Shown: one piece after another, positions 41,275-50,341 of the stretch
Layout: the number at the start of each line of letters is the position of its first letter
Numbering within the stretch: the stretch's first letter is position 1
Source: an uncultured delta proteobacterium
Lineage (GTDB): Bacteria > Myxococcota_A > Polyangia > Palsa-1104
NCBI GenBank assembly: GCA_963785725.1
Contig: CAWAWS010000022.1
Span: 96,001-160,000, forward strand
Direction: 5' to 3'
DNA length: 64,000 nucleotides
Notes under the pieces: generated by a model
The model's database searches: none
What the model was told of the DNA's origin: nothing
What the model saw: the letters and a program-made list of their open reading frames with translations, nothing else
Translations under genes and position numbers: made by a program

Positions 41275-43127
41275 GGCTGCGCTCGAAGCTGCTCTTGGCG
41301 CAGCTGCCGCTGGCCATCGCGCTCGTGCTGGTCGGCTACGGATCGCGCCGCACCATCGTCGCGATGGACAGCTCCTCGCAAGATATTCTCAAAGACAACT
41401 ACTTGAGCGTCGTCGCGGCGCAGCACATGCGTGACGCGGCCGATGCGCTCGATCGCGTCGTGGCGGCGCAAGCGACCGGTCACGGCCAGGCCAGCGCGGC
41501 GGACGTGTCGGCGCAGCGCGAGCGCTTCGAGCGGGCGCTGAGCTTCCAAGAGAGCAACATCACCGAGGTCGGCGAGCGCGAGATGACCGAAGGCCTACGC
41601 CGGAACTGGGATCGGTACCGGCTGCGCATCGACGCGCTCTTGCGCGAGCCGGCCGGCGGCGCAGCCGGCCACTATTTCGACGAGGGCGTGCCCGAGCTCA
41701 TCGCCGTGGAGCGGTCGACCAACGACATTCTGGCGGTGAATCAGGACGCGATGGTGCGCAAGAGCCATCACGCCCGACACGATGCCGAGCGCATGAACGG
41801 CGCCATGGCGACGGCGACGATCGCCGCCTGCCTCATCGGCATCTTGGTCTCGACGATCGTGACGACGCGCCTCGTGCGCCCGCTCTCGATCTTGAGCCAG
41901 GCCGCGCGTCGTGTCGGCACCGGCGATCTGGCCGTGCGCGCGCGCGTCGAAGGACACGACGAGGTGGCCGCGCTCGCCAGCGACTTCAACGCCATGGCCA
42001 ACCACCTGGCCGAGTATCGGTCGAGCTCGCTCGGCGAGCTGCTTCATGCGCAGCAGGCCGCGCAAGCGACGATCGAAAGCCTGACCGATCCGGTGGTCGT
42101 GCTGACGCTCGACGGCCATGTGCTCAACGCCAATAGCGCCGCCGGCGACCTCCTCGGCATCAGCGAGGAAGGTCCGACGAACGTGGTGGCCGCGCTCGAG
42201 CCGCCGCTGCGCGAGGCCGTGCAGCGGCTCATCGATCACGTTCGCTCGGGCCGCGGTCGCTATTCGCCGAAGGGGTTGGAAGAGGCGATGCCGCTCGACA
42301 CGCGGCAAGGGCACCACTTCTTGCTCTTGCGCGCCAATCCGGTGCGCGGAGAATCGGACGAGGTCGCGGGACTGGCCGTGGTCATGCAGGATGTCACGCG
42401 ATTGCGCCGCTTCGACGAGCTGAAGAACGATTTGGTGGCGACGGTGGCGCATGAATTTCGCACGCCGCTGACCTCGCTGCGCATGGCGATTCATCTCTGC
42501 GTCGAAGAGGCCGTGGGTCCGCTGACGCCGAAGCAGGCGGACCTCCTATTTGCCGCGCGCGAGGACTGCGAGAGGCTGCAAGGCATCGTCGACGATCTCC
42601 TGGATCTGTCGCGTATTCAGGCCGGACGAATCGAGGTCAATGTGCGCGCCGTGCAGTCGCGCACGCTGCTCGAGTCGACGATCGAGCAGAATCGAGTGCT
42701 CGCGCGCGACAAGGGCGTCAAGCTGACGCTCGGTGCGCCGATGTTCGATCGCGCGGTGCTGGCCGACCCCGACCGGCTCAATCTCGTCCTCACCAACCTC
42801 GTCACCAATGCCATTCGCCACACGCCGGCGGGTGGCGATGTGCTGCTGCGGACGGCGCCGGAAAAGGACGGCCAGGTCCGCTTCGAAGTCAGCGACACCG
42901 GCGAGGGCATGGATCCCAAGTGGTTTCCGATGCTGTTCGACCGCTTCTTCCGCATCCCGGGCTCGAAACCCGGCAGCGGCGTCGGCCTCGGCCTCTACAT
43001 CTGTAAAGAGATCGTCGAAGCACACGGCGGCAACATCGGCGTCGAGAGCGAGCCGGGTCACGGCAGCGTCTTTTGGTTCACGCTGCCGCCCGCGGCGGCC
43101 AGCGAGCCATCGCCTGCGGCCGTTTGA
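41271..43127 (+). CDS. Membrane HAMP-PAS histidine kinase (partner of split KdpD)
   Basis: GTGA overlap; two TM with helical sensor, HAMP, AHEFRTPLTS, NLVTNAIRH, GVGLGL. Confidence 0.93.
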   Translation: MRLRSKLLLAQLPLAIALVLVGYGSRRTIVAMDSSSQDILKDNYLSVVAAQHMRDAADALDRVVAAQATGHGQASAADVSAQRERFERALSFQESNITEVGEREMTEGLRRNWDRYRLRIDALLREPAGGAAGHYFDEGVPELIAVERSTNDILAVNQDAMVRKSHHARHDAERMNGAMATATIAACLIGILVSTIVTTRLVRPLSILSQAARRVGTGDLAVRARVEGHDEVAALASDFNAMANHLAEYRSSSLGELLHAQQAAQATIESLTDPVVVLTLDGHVLNANSAAGDLLGISEEGPTNVVAALEPPLREAVQRLIDHVRSGRGRYSPKGLEEAMPLDTRQGHHFLLLRANPVRGESDEVAGLAVVMQDVTRLRRFDELKNDLVATVAHEFRTPLTSLRMAIHLCVEEAVGPLTPKQADLLFAAREDCERLQGIVDDLLDLSRIQAGRIEVNVRAVQSRTLLESTIEQNRVLARDKGVKLTLGAPMFDRAVLADPDRLNLVLTNLVTNAIRHTPAGGDVLLRTAPEKDGQVRFEVSDTGEGMDPKWFPMLFDRFFRIPGSKPGSGVGLGLYICKEIVEAHGGNIGVESEPGHGSVFWFTLPPAAASEPSPAAV

Positions 43128-43148
43128 GCGGCTGACCGAGGATCGCGT

Positions 43149-43496
43149 TTAGTGCAGCGGCACGCGCTCGCGGCCGAAGAGGATGATACAGGCGGCGAGC
43201 AGCCGCACCGTGCAGCCGTCCCGATCGGCGGAATCGAACGCACGCGCCAGCGAGCGCGGATCCTCGTCACGGAACAGCGACGACCCGAGCCGCTCGAAGC
43301 GATGCGCCAGCAGACTGCGGCAGCGAGGGCAATGGTCGGCGCTGGCGTAGAGGCTGCGTGCCAGCGGCGCGGCTTCGTCGAAGGTGGCCGATTCGAAGTA
43401 TTTCAGAGCGGGAGCGGCAGACCGGAGCGACGCTGGCTGCTCTTCGATCAGCGGATGTCCGAGGCGGGCGGTAGCGAGCGCGTGCATTGAGCCCAT
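43149..43496 (-). CDS. Hypothetical protein with CxxC
   Basis: GGAG RBS, HCPRC motif, sigma54 motif upstream. Confidence 0.5.
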   Translation of the reverse strand: MGSMHALATARLGHPLIEEQPASLRSAAPALKYFESATFDEAAPLARSLYASADHCPRCRSLLAHRFERLGSSLFRDEDPRSLARAFDSADRDGCTVRLLAACIILFGRERVPLH

Positions 43497-43535
43497 TCCA
43501 GATCTCCAGGGCGAAAGCCCTCTGGGCGCTGCTAA

Positions 43536-43551
43536 TGCGTCGTGCATGCCA
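43536..43551 (-). promoter_or_regulatory. Putative sigma54 promoter
   Basis: TGGCATGCACGACGCA. Confidence 0.55.
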
Positions 43552-43605
43552 AGTTCGAAGTGGGCGTTCCGCCGCGACATAGGGGCCGTGAGTGACGACC
43601 GCGGG

Positions 43606-43618
43606 CTGCAGGTTGCAG
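43606..43618. promoter_or_regulatory. Palindromic upstream activator-like site
   Basis: CTGCA-GGT-TGCAG; further overlapping copies at 43751-43770. Confidence 0.55.
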
Positions 43619-43866
43619 TCTCGCCCCGGTCATCGCCTTGCAAATCCACGAGGACGCGCCGCAGCCGGCCGCCGCCACAATCGGGCGCTGCGCGCGCTCG
43701 GTCGAGGATGCCGTCGCGCGGCGCCTTGCAACTCGCCGGCTCGGCGCTGCGTGCAGCTTGCGATCTGCATGGCGTCCTGTTTCGCCGCGATTTCCAAAAC
43801 CTTTCGGCCAACTTCTCACTGACGCATCCATCCGAATTCTTTCTTGGAGCGAGCTGCCTGCAGCCC

Positions 43867-43882
43867 TGGCATGCGTCGTGCG
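43867..43882 (+). promoter_or_regulatory. Sigma54 promoter of porin 2
   Basis: TGGCATGCGTCGTGCG. Confidence 0.65.
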
Positions 43883-43906
43883 AAGCGGGCGGCCTGCGAG
43901 GTGTCT

Positions 43907-45472
43907 ATGCCCAGGCCGTGGATCCTGTTTCTCGTCGTCGTTGCTGCTCCGCTCGCCGCGTTCGGACAACAAACGGATTCGCAATCGGCGACACCGCCGC
44001 CCGCGGACTCGGGTCTCGAGCTGCGCGTCCGCGAGCTCGAGCGCGAGCTGCAGCTGCTCAAGGCGCCGCCCGCCCAGCCGTCGGCGGTCCCGCCCGCGTC
44101 GGAAAAGGGAGCGCCGCCGCCGGCCGAGCCCGAGACGACGCCGGCGGGTGAGCCGTTCGCGTGGGGCGACTTTACGTGGCTCAACGGCACCTCGCGGCAG
44201 ACGTCGCGACTGCTCGACACGAAGTACTTCACGCCGCAGCTCGACGTCGACGTCAACTACACCTATTCGTTCAATCACCCCATCGACGACACGGTCGTGG
44301 GCTCGACGGCGCTGGCGCGCAACAACGAGCTCGAGCTGTCGTTCCTCGGTCTCGGCGGCGACGTGCACGTCGGCAACGTGCGCGCGCGACTGATGCTGCA
44401 ATACGGAACGCGAACGACGGTCGTGCCGCGCAATGACGGCTCGGCGCTGCGCGGCCAGTTCGATCTCGACGACGTCTATCGTTACGTCAGCGAGGCTTAT
44501 GCCGGCTATCACTTCAACTGGCTGCACGGCGTCAATGTCGACGTCGGTGTCTTCATGTCTTATGTCGGCCTATTCAGTTACGACAACTTCGAGAACTGGG
44601 CTTATCAGCCGTCTTATACCTCCGACAATACGCCGTGGTTCTTCAATGGCGCGCGCATCCAACTATTCCCGACCGATCGCCTCAAAGTCGAGATTTGGAT
44701 CATCAATGGCTGGCAGAGCTACGGCAAATTCAACGAGCTGCCGGGCATCGGCTACCAGATTCGTTATGCGCCGCAAGAGTGGATGAACGTCGTCTTCAAT
44801 GGCTATGTCGGCACCGACACGCAAGACCATCCGGGACGCGTGCGCTTCCATTCCGACAATAGTTATCTATTGCGCTATTACAATCATCCGCTGTCGCGCG
44901 GGCTCAGTCGCGGCGCGTTTTCCGTCACCTTCGATTTGGGCTTCGAGCAAGGCGACGGCGTCGCCGCATTTCATGGCGCGACCAAGAAGACGAATAACGG
45001 ACCCGATCTAACCTGTACGAACGCCAATCCGTGCGAGCAGGACTTCGTGAGCGGCATGGCCTACAACCGACTGTGGTTCTTCCACAACGTCTTCGGCTGG
45101 ACCGTCGGCGGCGGCTTCATTCACAACCCCGGCCGCTATCTGGTGCTGGCGCCGACGGGCTACGCCGCGCCCGGCAGCGGACCGGGCGCGTTCGACATGA
45201 ACCCCGGCACCTACTTCGACGCCTGGGATCTCTCGACGACGTTCGACTGGATGCCGACCGAGAGCATCACCTTCCGCGCCGAGTTCGTGCACCGCCAGGC
45301 CGACGTCCCCTACTTCAACGGCCGCGGCGGCGTCACCGGTCCCGACGGCTACAAATGCGGCGGCCTGGCGTCGGCCGACAGCGCCATCACCAGCTGCGCG
45401 CCGCCGGGCTGGACGCCGAACCTCGTCAATCAAGAGTCGCGCGTCATTGGCGCCGTCATCTTCCGCCTCTAA
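43907..45472 (+). CDS. Outer-membrane beta-barrel (putative porin), paralog 2
   Basis: Shares long identical blocks with 33229-34803 (EPFAWGDFTWLNG, LDTKYFTPQ, GTDTQDHPGRVRFHSDNS, GVTGPDGYKCGG). Confidence 0.85.
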   Translation: MPRPWILFLVVVAAPLAAFGQQTDSQSATPPPADSGLELRVRELERELQLLKAPPAQPSAVPPASEKGAPPPAEPETTPAGEPFAWGDFTWLNGTSRQTSRLLDTKYFTPQLDVDVNYTYSFNHPIDDTVVGSTALARNNELELSFLGLGGDVHVGNVRARLMLQYGTRTTVVPRNDGSALRGQFDLDDVYRYVSEAYAGYHFNWLHGVNVDVGVFMSYVGLFSYDNFENWAYQPSYTSDNTPWFFNGARIQLFPTDRLKVEIWIINGWQSYGKFNELPGIGYQIRYAPQEWMNVVFNGYVGTDTQDHPGRVRFHSDNSYLLRYYNHPLSRGLSRGAFSVTFDLGFEQGDGVAAFHGATKKTNNGPDLTCTNANPCEQDFVSGMAYNRLWFFHNVFGWTVGGGFIHNPGRYLVLAPTGYAAPGSGPGAFDMNPGTYFDAWDLSTTFDWMPTESITFRAEFVHRQADVPYFNGRGGVTGPDGYKCGGLASADSAITSCAPPGWTPNLVNQESRVIGAVIFRL

Positions 45473-45483
45473 AGGAGTCGACT

Positions 45484-45738
45484 ATGTTTAGAATCGCAAG
45501 CATTGGCTTCGTGCTTCTCGGGTTGCTCGCGGCGGGCTGCGGCGCGCCCGGCCTCGGCGAGCGCTGCAATCCGCTCTTGTTCCAGGTCAGCGACCAGTGC
45601 GCGAAAGGCCTCTCGTGCACTTACCCGGCCCATTGCGGCGTCGCATACTGCTGCCCGACATCGGGCGCGACGTCGGAGCCGAGCTGCCAGGCGTGCCCGA
45701 GTGACGCGGGCGCGAGCGATGGCGGCACGTCCGACTGA
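45484..45738 (+). CDS. Small 9-Cys lipoprotein, paralog 2
   Basis: LAAGC lipobox; RCNP, VAYCCPT and CQACP shared with 34837-35091; AGGAG RBS. Confidence 0.8.
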   Translation: MFRIASIGFVLLGLLAAGCGAPGLGERCNPLLFQVSDQCAKGLSCTYPAHCGVAYCCPTSGATSEPSCQACPSDAGASDGGTSD

Positions 45739-45769
45739 TACGCCCGATCAAATGCGCTCGCTCGCACGC

Positions 45770-45930
45770 TGGAGCTGTGGCTCGAGAGCGAGCATGACGA
45801 TCCGACGGAAAGCGGCGCAGGTAGTCGTTGGCGCCGGTTATGGCCTTGCGGTCGCCGCGGATCGAGTACGCCTCGATGGCCAGCGCCAGGCCCGCTTCGA
45901 TCAACGCGCCGTCGGGATAGCCGGTGATGC
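45770..45930 (-). pseudogene. Remnant of a TPR-like C-terminal tail
   Basis: Translates to YPDGALIEAGLALAIEAYSIRGDRKAITGANDYLRRFPSDRHA with no convincing 5' part. Confidence 0.4.
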
Positions 45931-45947
45931 CGCACTTTGCCTAGCGC

Positions 45948-46550
45948 TCAGCGCGGACCGCTGACCTCGCCGCGCACCTGGCGTAGGAAGGCGTCGCGCT
46001 CCTCGCGCATCGACACGCGCGCACCGAGGATGTATTGGCGCATGCTGGGCGCGGCGTGGAACGTGATCGCGTATGACGAGATGCGCATGAGGAAGCGGCG
46101 CACGTCGAAGGTGGCCAGCGTGCCCGCCTCCTGCGCCGCGCGGAAGTAGGTCGTCGCCAGCTTGACGACCCGCAGCGCGTGCTCGCGCACCACCGCGGCC
46201 ACCGCTTCGTCGGGCTCGAACGCCTCGCGCATGAGCGCGCCGGCATACTCCGGGTGCTCGGCGAAGAAGTCCCACAAGAGCGCCGCACACTGCACGATGA
46301 GATCGGTCGCCGGAAGCTCCGAGCTGGCCTGAATCGTCGGGGTCATGCGCGTGGCAATGATCTCCATGATGTACGCCAGCATGGCGCGCGTAAGCTCGTC
46401 TTTGCCCTCGGGGAAGTAGTGGAAGATGCTGGCGGCCTTGATGTCGGCGCGCTGAGCCACGCCGCGCAGCGACGCGCCTTTGAAGCCGTGGCGAGCGACC
46501 TCGATGGCGGTCGCTCGCAAGATACGATCTCTGGTGGCGTCCGAACCCAT
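45948..46550 (-). CDS. TetR/AcrR family regulator
   Basis: TRDRILRAT..GFKGASLRGVAQRADIKAASIFHYF..KDEL. Confidence 0.9.
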   Translation of the reverse strand: MGSDATRDRILRATAIEVARHGFKGASLRGVAQRADIKAASIFHYFPEGKDELTRAMLAYIMEIIATRMTPTIQASSELPATDLIVQCAALLWDFFAEHPEYAGALMREAFEPDEAVAAVVREHALRVVKLATTYFRAAQEAGTLATFDVRRFLMRISSYAITFHAAPSMRQYILGARVSMREERDAFLRQVRGEVSGPR

Positions 46551-46639
46551 CGTAGGTGTCGCTCTTAACACGCGATTCCGCCGACCGTCCAGGACGGCGC
46601 GGTGGTGTCGCTTGACAGCGGAAGGGCGAGCTGCCAATA

Positions 46640-46655
46640 CCTAACAAGTGTTAGG
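46640..46655. promoter_or_regulatory. Putative TetR operator
   Basis: Inverted repeat CCTAACA-AG-TGTTAGG, just downstream of TTGACA (46612-46617), between the divergent genes. Confidence 0.7.
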
Positions 46656-46699
46656 CTGATCCGAACCGACAGTTGGGCGAGCGTGCCAGGAGGCCATCC

Positions 46700-47893
46700 A
46701 TGCGAGTTCGCGACGTCGAGACCAAGGTGTTCTTCGCCAAGTACATTGCGCGGCTGTTCGTCCACAACGTCCTCAAGGACTCGCAGATCTTCCTGCCCAA
46801 GGCCGACTACGAGCGGCGCTACGGCAAGTTCCCGCGCTATTTCTCGGGCTGGTACCTGTTCGTACCGGGCAAGGATCTGGCGCCGGGCGAGGTGGTGCAC
46901 AAGAAGCTCAACGGGCTCGACCTCGTCGCCTATCGCGGCAAGGACGGCAAAGCGATCATCCACTCGAACCGCTGCCCGCACATGGACGGCGTGTTCGCGC
47001 CCATGGCCAAGGTCGAGGACGGGCGCATCGTCTGCCAGTATCACGGCTACGGCTACGAGGCGGGCGTGCCCAAGAGCGGCCCGCGCGAGTTCCGCAACGA
47101 TCCGACCAAGTGCATCCCCTGCCATCCCGTGCGCGAGGTCAACGACCTGGTCATGTTCTGGTACGACGCGCAGAGCCCGACCGGCGTCGGGACGCCGACG
47201 TGGGAGCTCGAGCTGCCCGACGTGAGCCACTTGCCGCGGCGCACCTTCGCGCGCTCGATCGCGCCGACGCACATGGCGCCGCTGCACGAGAACATCGTCG
47301 ACGATCAGCACTTCATCAAGCTGCACGGCGTGAAGCACTACGAGGCGGAGCTGACCGCCTACTACGACAAGCACCGCTTCTCGACGCGGACGACGATGCG
47401 TCTGCCGGCGCCCAAGGTCGGCCCCTTCACGGTCTCCGGCCTCGACGGCGACTTCATGGACATTCGCATGGACAGCGACTTCCACGGCCTCGGCATCCAC
47501 ATCAACCACGTGCGCGTCGGCAACTTCGAGGCGAAGCTCATCCACTGCACCACGCCCATCGAGGACGAGATCACCGAGTGGACGGTGGCGGTGTACGTCG
47601 AGCCGCGGCAGTGGAAGCTCAAGCTCGACCCGCGGACCTTCATGAACTTCGTCTACCCGTGGGCGGCGCTGGCGCAGACGTACTATCTGCACACGCAGGA
47701 CCGGCGCGTCTTCTTCGAGACCGGCGAGTATCGCTTCTACGAGGACGTGCCCAAGGGGTTCGAGAAGGTCAACGCGTTCCGTCGCTGGATTCAGACGGAG
47801 CTGCTGGGCGAGGCGCGCGAGCTGGGGCCCAACTGCATTCCAACGGCGTTCGTGCCCGTCGACCGGGTGGCGACGGTGGCGCGGGCGGGCTGA
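46700..47893 (+). CDS. Rieske non-heme iron oxygenase/desaturase (KshA / sterol 7-desaturase-like)
   Basis: CPH-x17-CQYH, ENIVDDQHFIKLH, C-terminal QD; AGGAGG RBS. Confidence 0.85.
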   Translation: MRVRDVETKVFFAKYIARLFVHNVLKDSQIFLPKADYERRYGKFPRYFSGWYLFVPGKDLAPGEVVHKKLNGLDLVAYRGKDGKAIIHSNRCPHMDGVFAPMAKVEDGRIVCQYHGYGYEAGVPKSGPREFRNDPTKCIPCHPVREVNDLVMFWYDAQSPTGVGTPTWELELPDVSHLPRRTFARSIAPTHMAPLHENIVDDQHFIKLHGVKHYEAELTAYYDKHRFSTRTTMRLPAPKVGPFTVSGLDGDFMDIRMDSDFHGLGIHINHVRVGNFEAKLIHCTTPIEDEITEWTVAVYVEPRQWKLKLDPRTFMNFVYPWAALAQTYYLHTQDRRVFFETGEYRFYEDVPKGFEKVNAFRRWIQTELLGEARELGPNCIPTAFVPVDRVATVARAG

Positions 47894-47992
47894 TGGCCGT
47901 CGGGCGACGCGGCTCGACACGTTCCGCTTCATGACTTGACAACGGACGCTGCGACACGCTCTAGTGCGCAGGCTTACGCTGACAATTGAAGA

Positions 47993-48193
47993 GTAGTCGC
48001 AGGTGAACGACGTCGCCTCTGACGCCGTTTGAAAAGGGAAGCCGGTGCGAAACCGGCGCGGTCCCGCCACTGTAAGTGGAGAGTCGATTCCAGTAGCGCC
48101 ACTGATCCTCGCGGATTGGGAAGGTTGGAAACGACGCCCTCTCGAAGAAGAGCTGCTTCGAGACATCCACGAGCCAGGAGACCTGCCTGCGAC
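47993..48193 (+). ncRNA. Cobalamin riboswitch
   Basis: AAAAGGGAAGCCGGTGCGAAACCGGCGCGGTCCCGCCACTGTAA, GCCACTG..GGGAAGG and B12 box GAGCCAGGAGACCTGCC; upstream of a TonB-dependent receptor. Confidence 0.95.
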
Positions 48194-48246
48194 CTTTGGA
48201 CAACCTTCTCGGGTCATAGAAGGGTCGTCGTCGCAGTCCGCGCCGC

Positions 48247-48275
48247 CGTTCCCTTCCGCTCGAGCGAAGGGGACG
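48247..48275 (+). promoter_or_regulatory. RBS-sequestering hairpin (riboswitch expression platform)
   Basis: CGTTCCCTTC pairs with GAAGGGGACG immediately before ATG 48277. Confidence 0.6.
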
Positions 48276-48276
48276 T

Positions 48277-50341
48277 ATGGTGTTCCAGCAGTACCGCTCG
48301 AGCGCGCGGATCGCTCGGTCGGCCTCGACAATCCTCGCATCGCTTGCTTGCCTCTTTGGGGCGGCGAGCGCGCGTGCGCAAGAGCAGCCACGCTATGCGT
48401 CGACGGTACGCGCGCGTACCAACGACGCGCCGGTCGAGGATTCGGCGGCCGACGCCTCGGTCATCACCGACGATCGCACGCCGCGCACGGGCGAGAGCGT
48501 GCCGCAGCTGCTCGCGGAGTTGCCCGGCGTCACCATCAATCGCACCGGCGGCATCGGCTCGTTGGCCATGGTCTCCTTGCGCGGCTCGACGTGGGATCAA
48601 GTCGGCGTCTACATCGACGGCATCCCGCTCAACAGCGCGCAAGGCGGCGGCGTCGACCTGTCGACGTTGCCGCTCGGCGACATCGAGCGCATCGAGGTGT
48701 ACCGCGGCTCGAGCCCCATCGGCTTCGGCTCGTCGGCGCTCGGCGGCATCATCTCGATCACGACGCGCGCGCCCAAGACGTCGCGCATCGACGCCGAAGT
48801 CGGCGCCGGCTCGTTCGACACGTACAGCGCCGGCGTCAGCGGCTCGTGGGTCAGCCGCATCTTGCGCGTCTACGTCGGCGCGCACTACCTGTCGACGGCC
48901 GGCGACTTCATCTACACGACCGACAACGGCACCGCGTTCGACACCAGCCACGACCACGAGGTGCGCCGCCAGAACAACGCGGTCCAGCAGGCCGACGGCA
49001 CCGCGCGCGCCATCTTGACGATCGATCGCGGCCGCGAATTGTCGCTGTCGGCGCTCGTCTTCTTCCGCGATCAAGGGCTGCCCGGCTATTCGAGCGTGCG
49101 GCAGACCGACGACACGACGCTCGCGTCGCTGCGCACGATCGCCTCGGTCGCTTACGACTCGCGCCGCGACCTCGGACCGGGCGGCCATCTGCGCGCGCAG
49201 CTCTATTACACCTTCGAGCAGCAGCGCTACGACGATCCCAAAGGCGAGATCTCGATCTCGCCGGCCAGTACGCGCGACGTCACGCAGACGCTCGGGCTCA
49301 ATCTGCGGCTGTCGCGGCCGTTGGCGTCGTGGCTGCGCGGCGCGGCCGTCGTCGAAGGGCGTTATCAGCAGCTCGCGCCTTATGACGCCGACCAAAAGCC
49401 GTCGATCGGCGATCCGGCCGCGCGCGCGTTCGCGGCCGCCGGTGTCGAGGCCGATGCCTTGTGGCAACGCTTACGGCTGCACGTCATTCCGTCGCTGCGC
49501 GTGGAAGTGGCGCACGACAATCGCACCGGTCGCAACAGCTCGGCGCAGCTCGTCGACGAAGGCACGCCCATCACCAACGTCGCGCCGGCCGCGCGCTTGG
49601 CGCTCGTCGAGCACATCATCCCCGCGCTGGCCGTGCGCGCCAACGCCGGCCGCTACAGCCGCTTGCCGTCGCTGAACGAGCTCTACGGCGACAGCGGCTT
49701 CGTCCTCGGCAATCCCGCGCTCGTCCCCGAGTCGGGCTGGAACGGCGACGTCGGCGTCAATTGGCGCCTTGTGCGCGAGCAGCTTTCGATCGTCTACGAC
49801 GCGGCATTTTTCGGCTCGCGCGTCGACGATCTGATCCAGTTTCAGCAGGACGCCTACGGTCGCGCGCACGCCCTCAACATCGGCCGCGCGCGCATCCTCG
49901 GCTTCGAGACCTCGCTCGACACGCGCCTCAGCCGCTACGGCCGCCTCGTCGCCGACTTCACCTACAACGACGCGCGCGACATCAGCGACACCGCGCTCGG
50001 CCGCCGCGAAAAGCAGCTGCCCAATCGCCCCAAGTCGCACTTCTACGCGCGTCCCGAAGCTCCGCTGGCCCATCCGTCGCGACTTGACCGTCGGCGCCTA
50101 CGTCGACCTCGACATCACCGACGGCAACTACCTCGATCCGGCGAACCTCGTGAAGCTGCCGGCGCGCTACATCTTCGGCGCCGGGCTGTTCGCCGCGGCG
50201 CAGCAGGCGCACCTCATGATCATCGCCAGCGCGCAGAACCTCGGCGACGCGCGCAGCTTCGACTTCGCCGGCTTTCCGCTTCCGAGCCGCTCGTTCTTCG
50301 TTTCCGCACGATTGACTACGCAAAAGGAGAATCTCCAATGA
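48277..50341 (+). CDS. btuB: TonB-dependent cobalamin receptor (BtuB-like; apparent +1 insertion near 50057)
   Basis: Plug SLRGS..VYIDGIP..IERIEVYRG, NPALVPESG; C-terminus AQNLGD..GFPLPSRSFFVS lies in the shifted frame; downstream of the B12 riboswitch. Confidence 0.85.
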
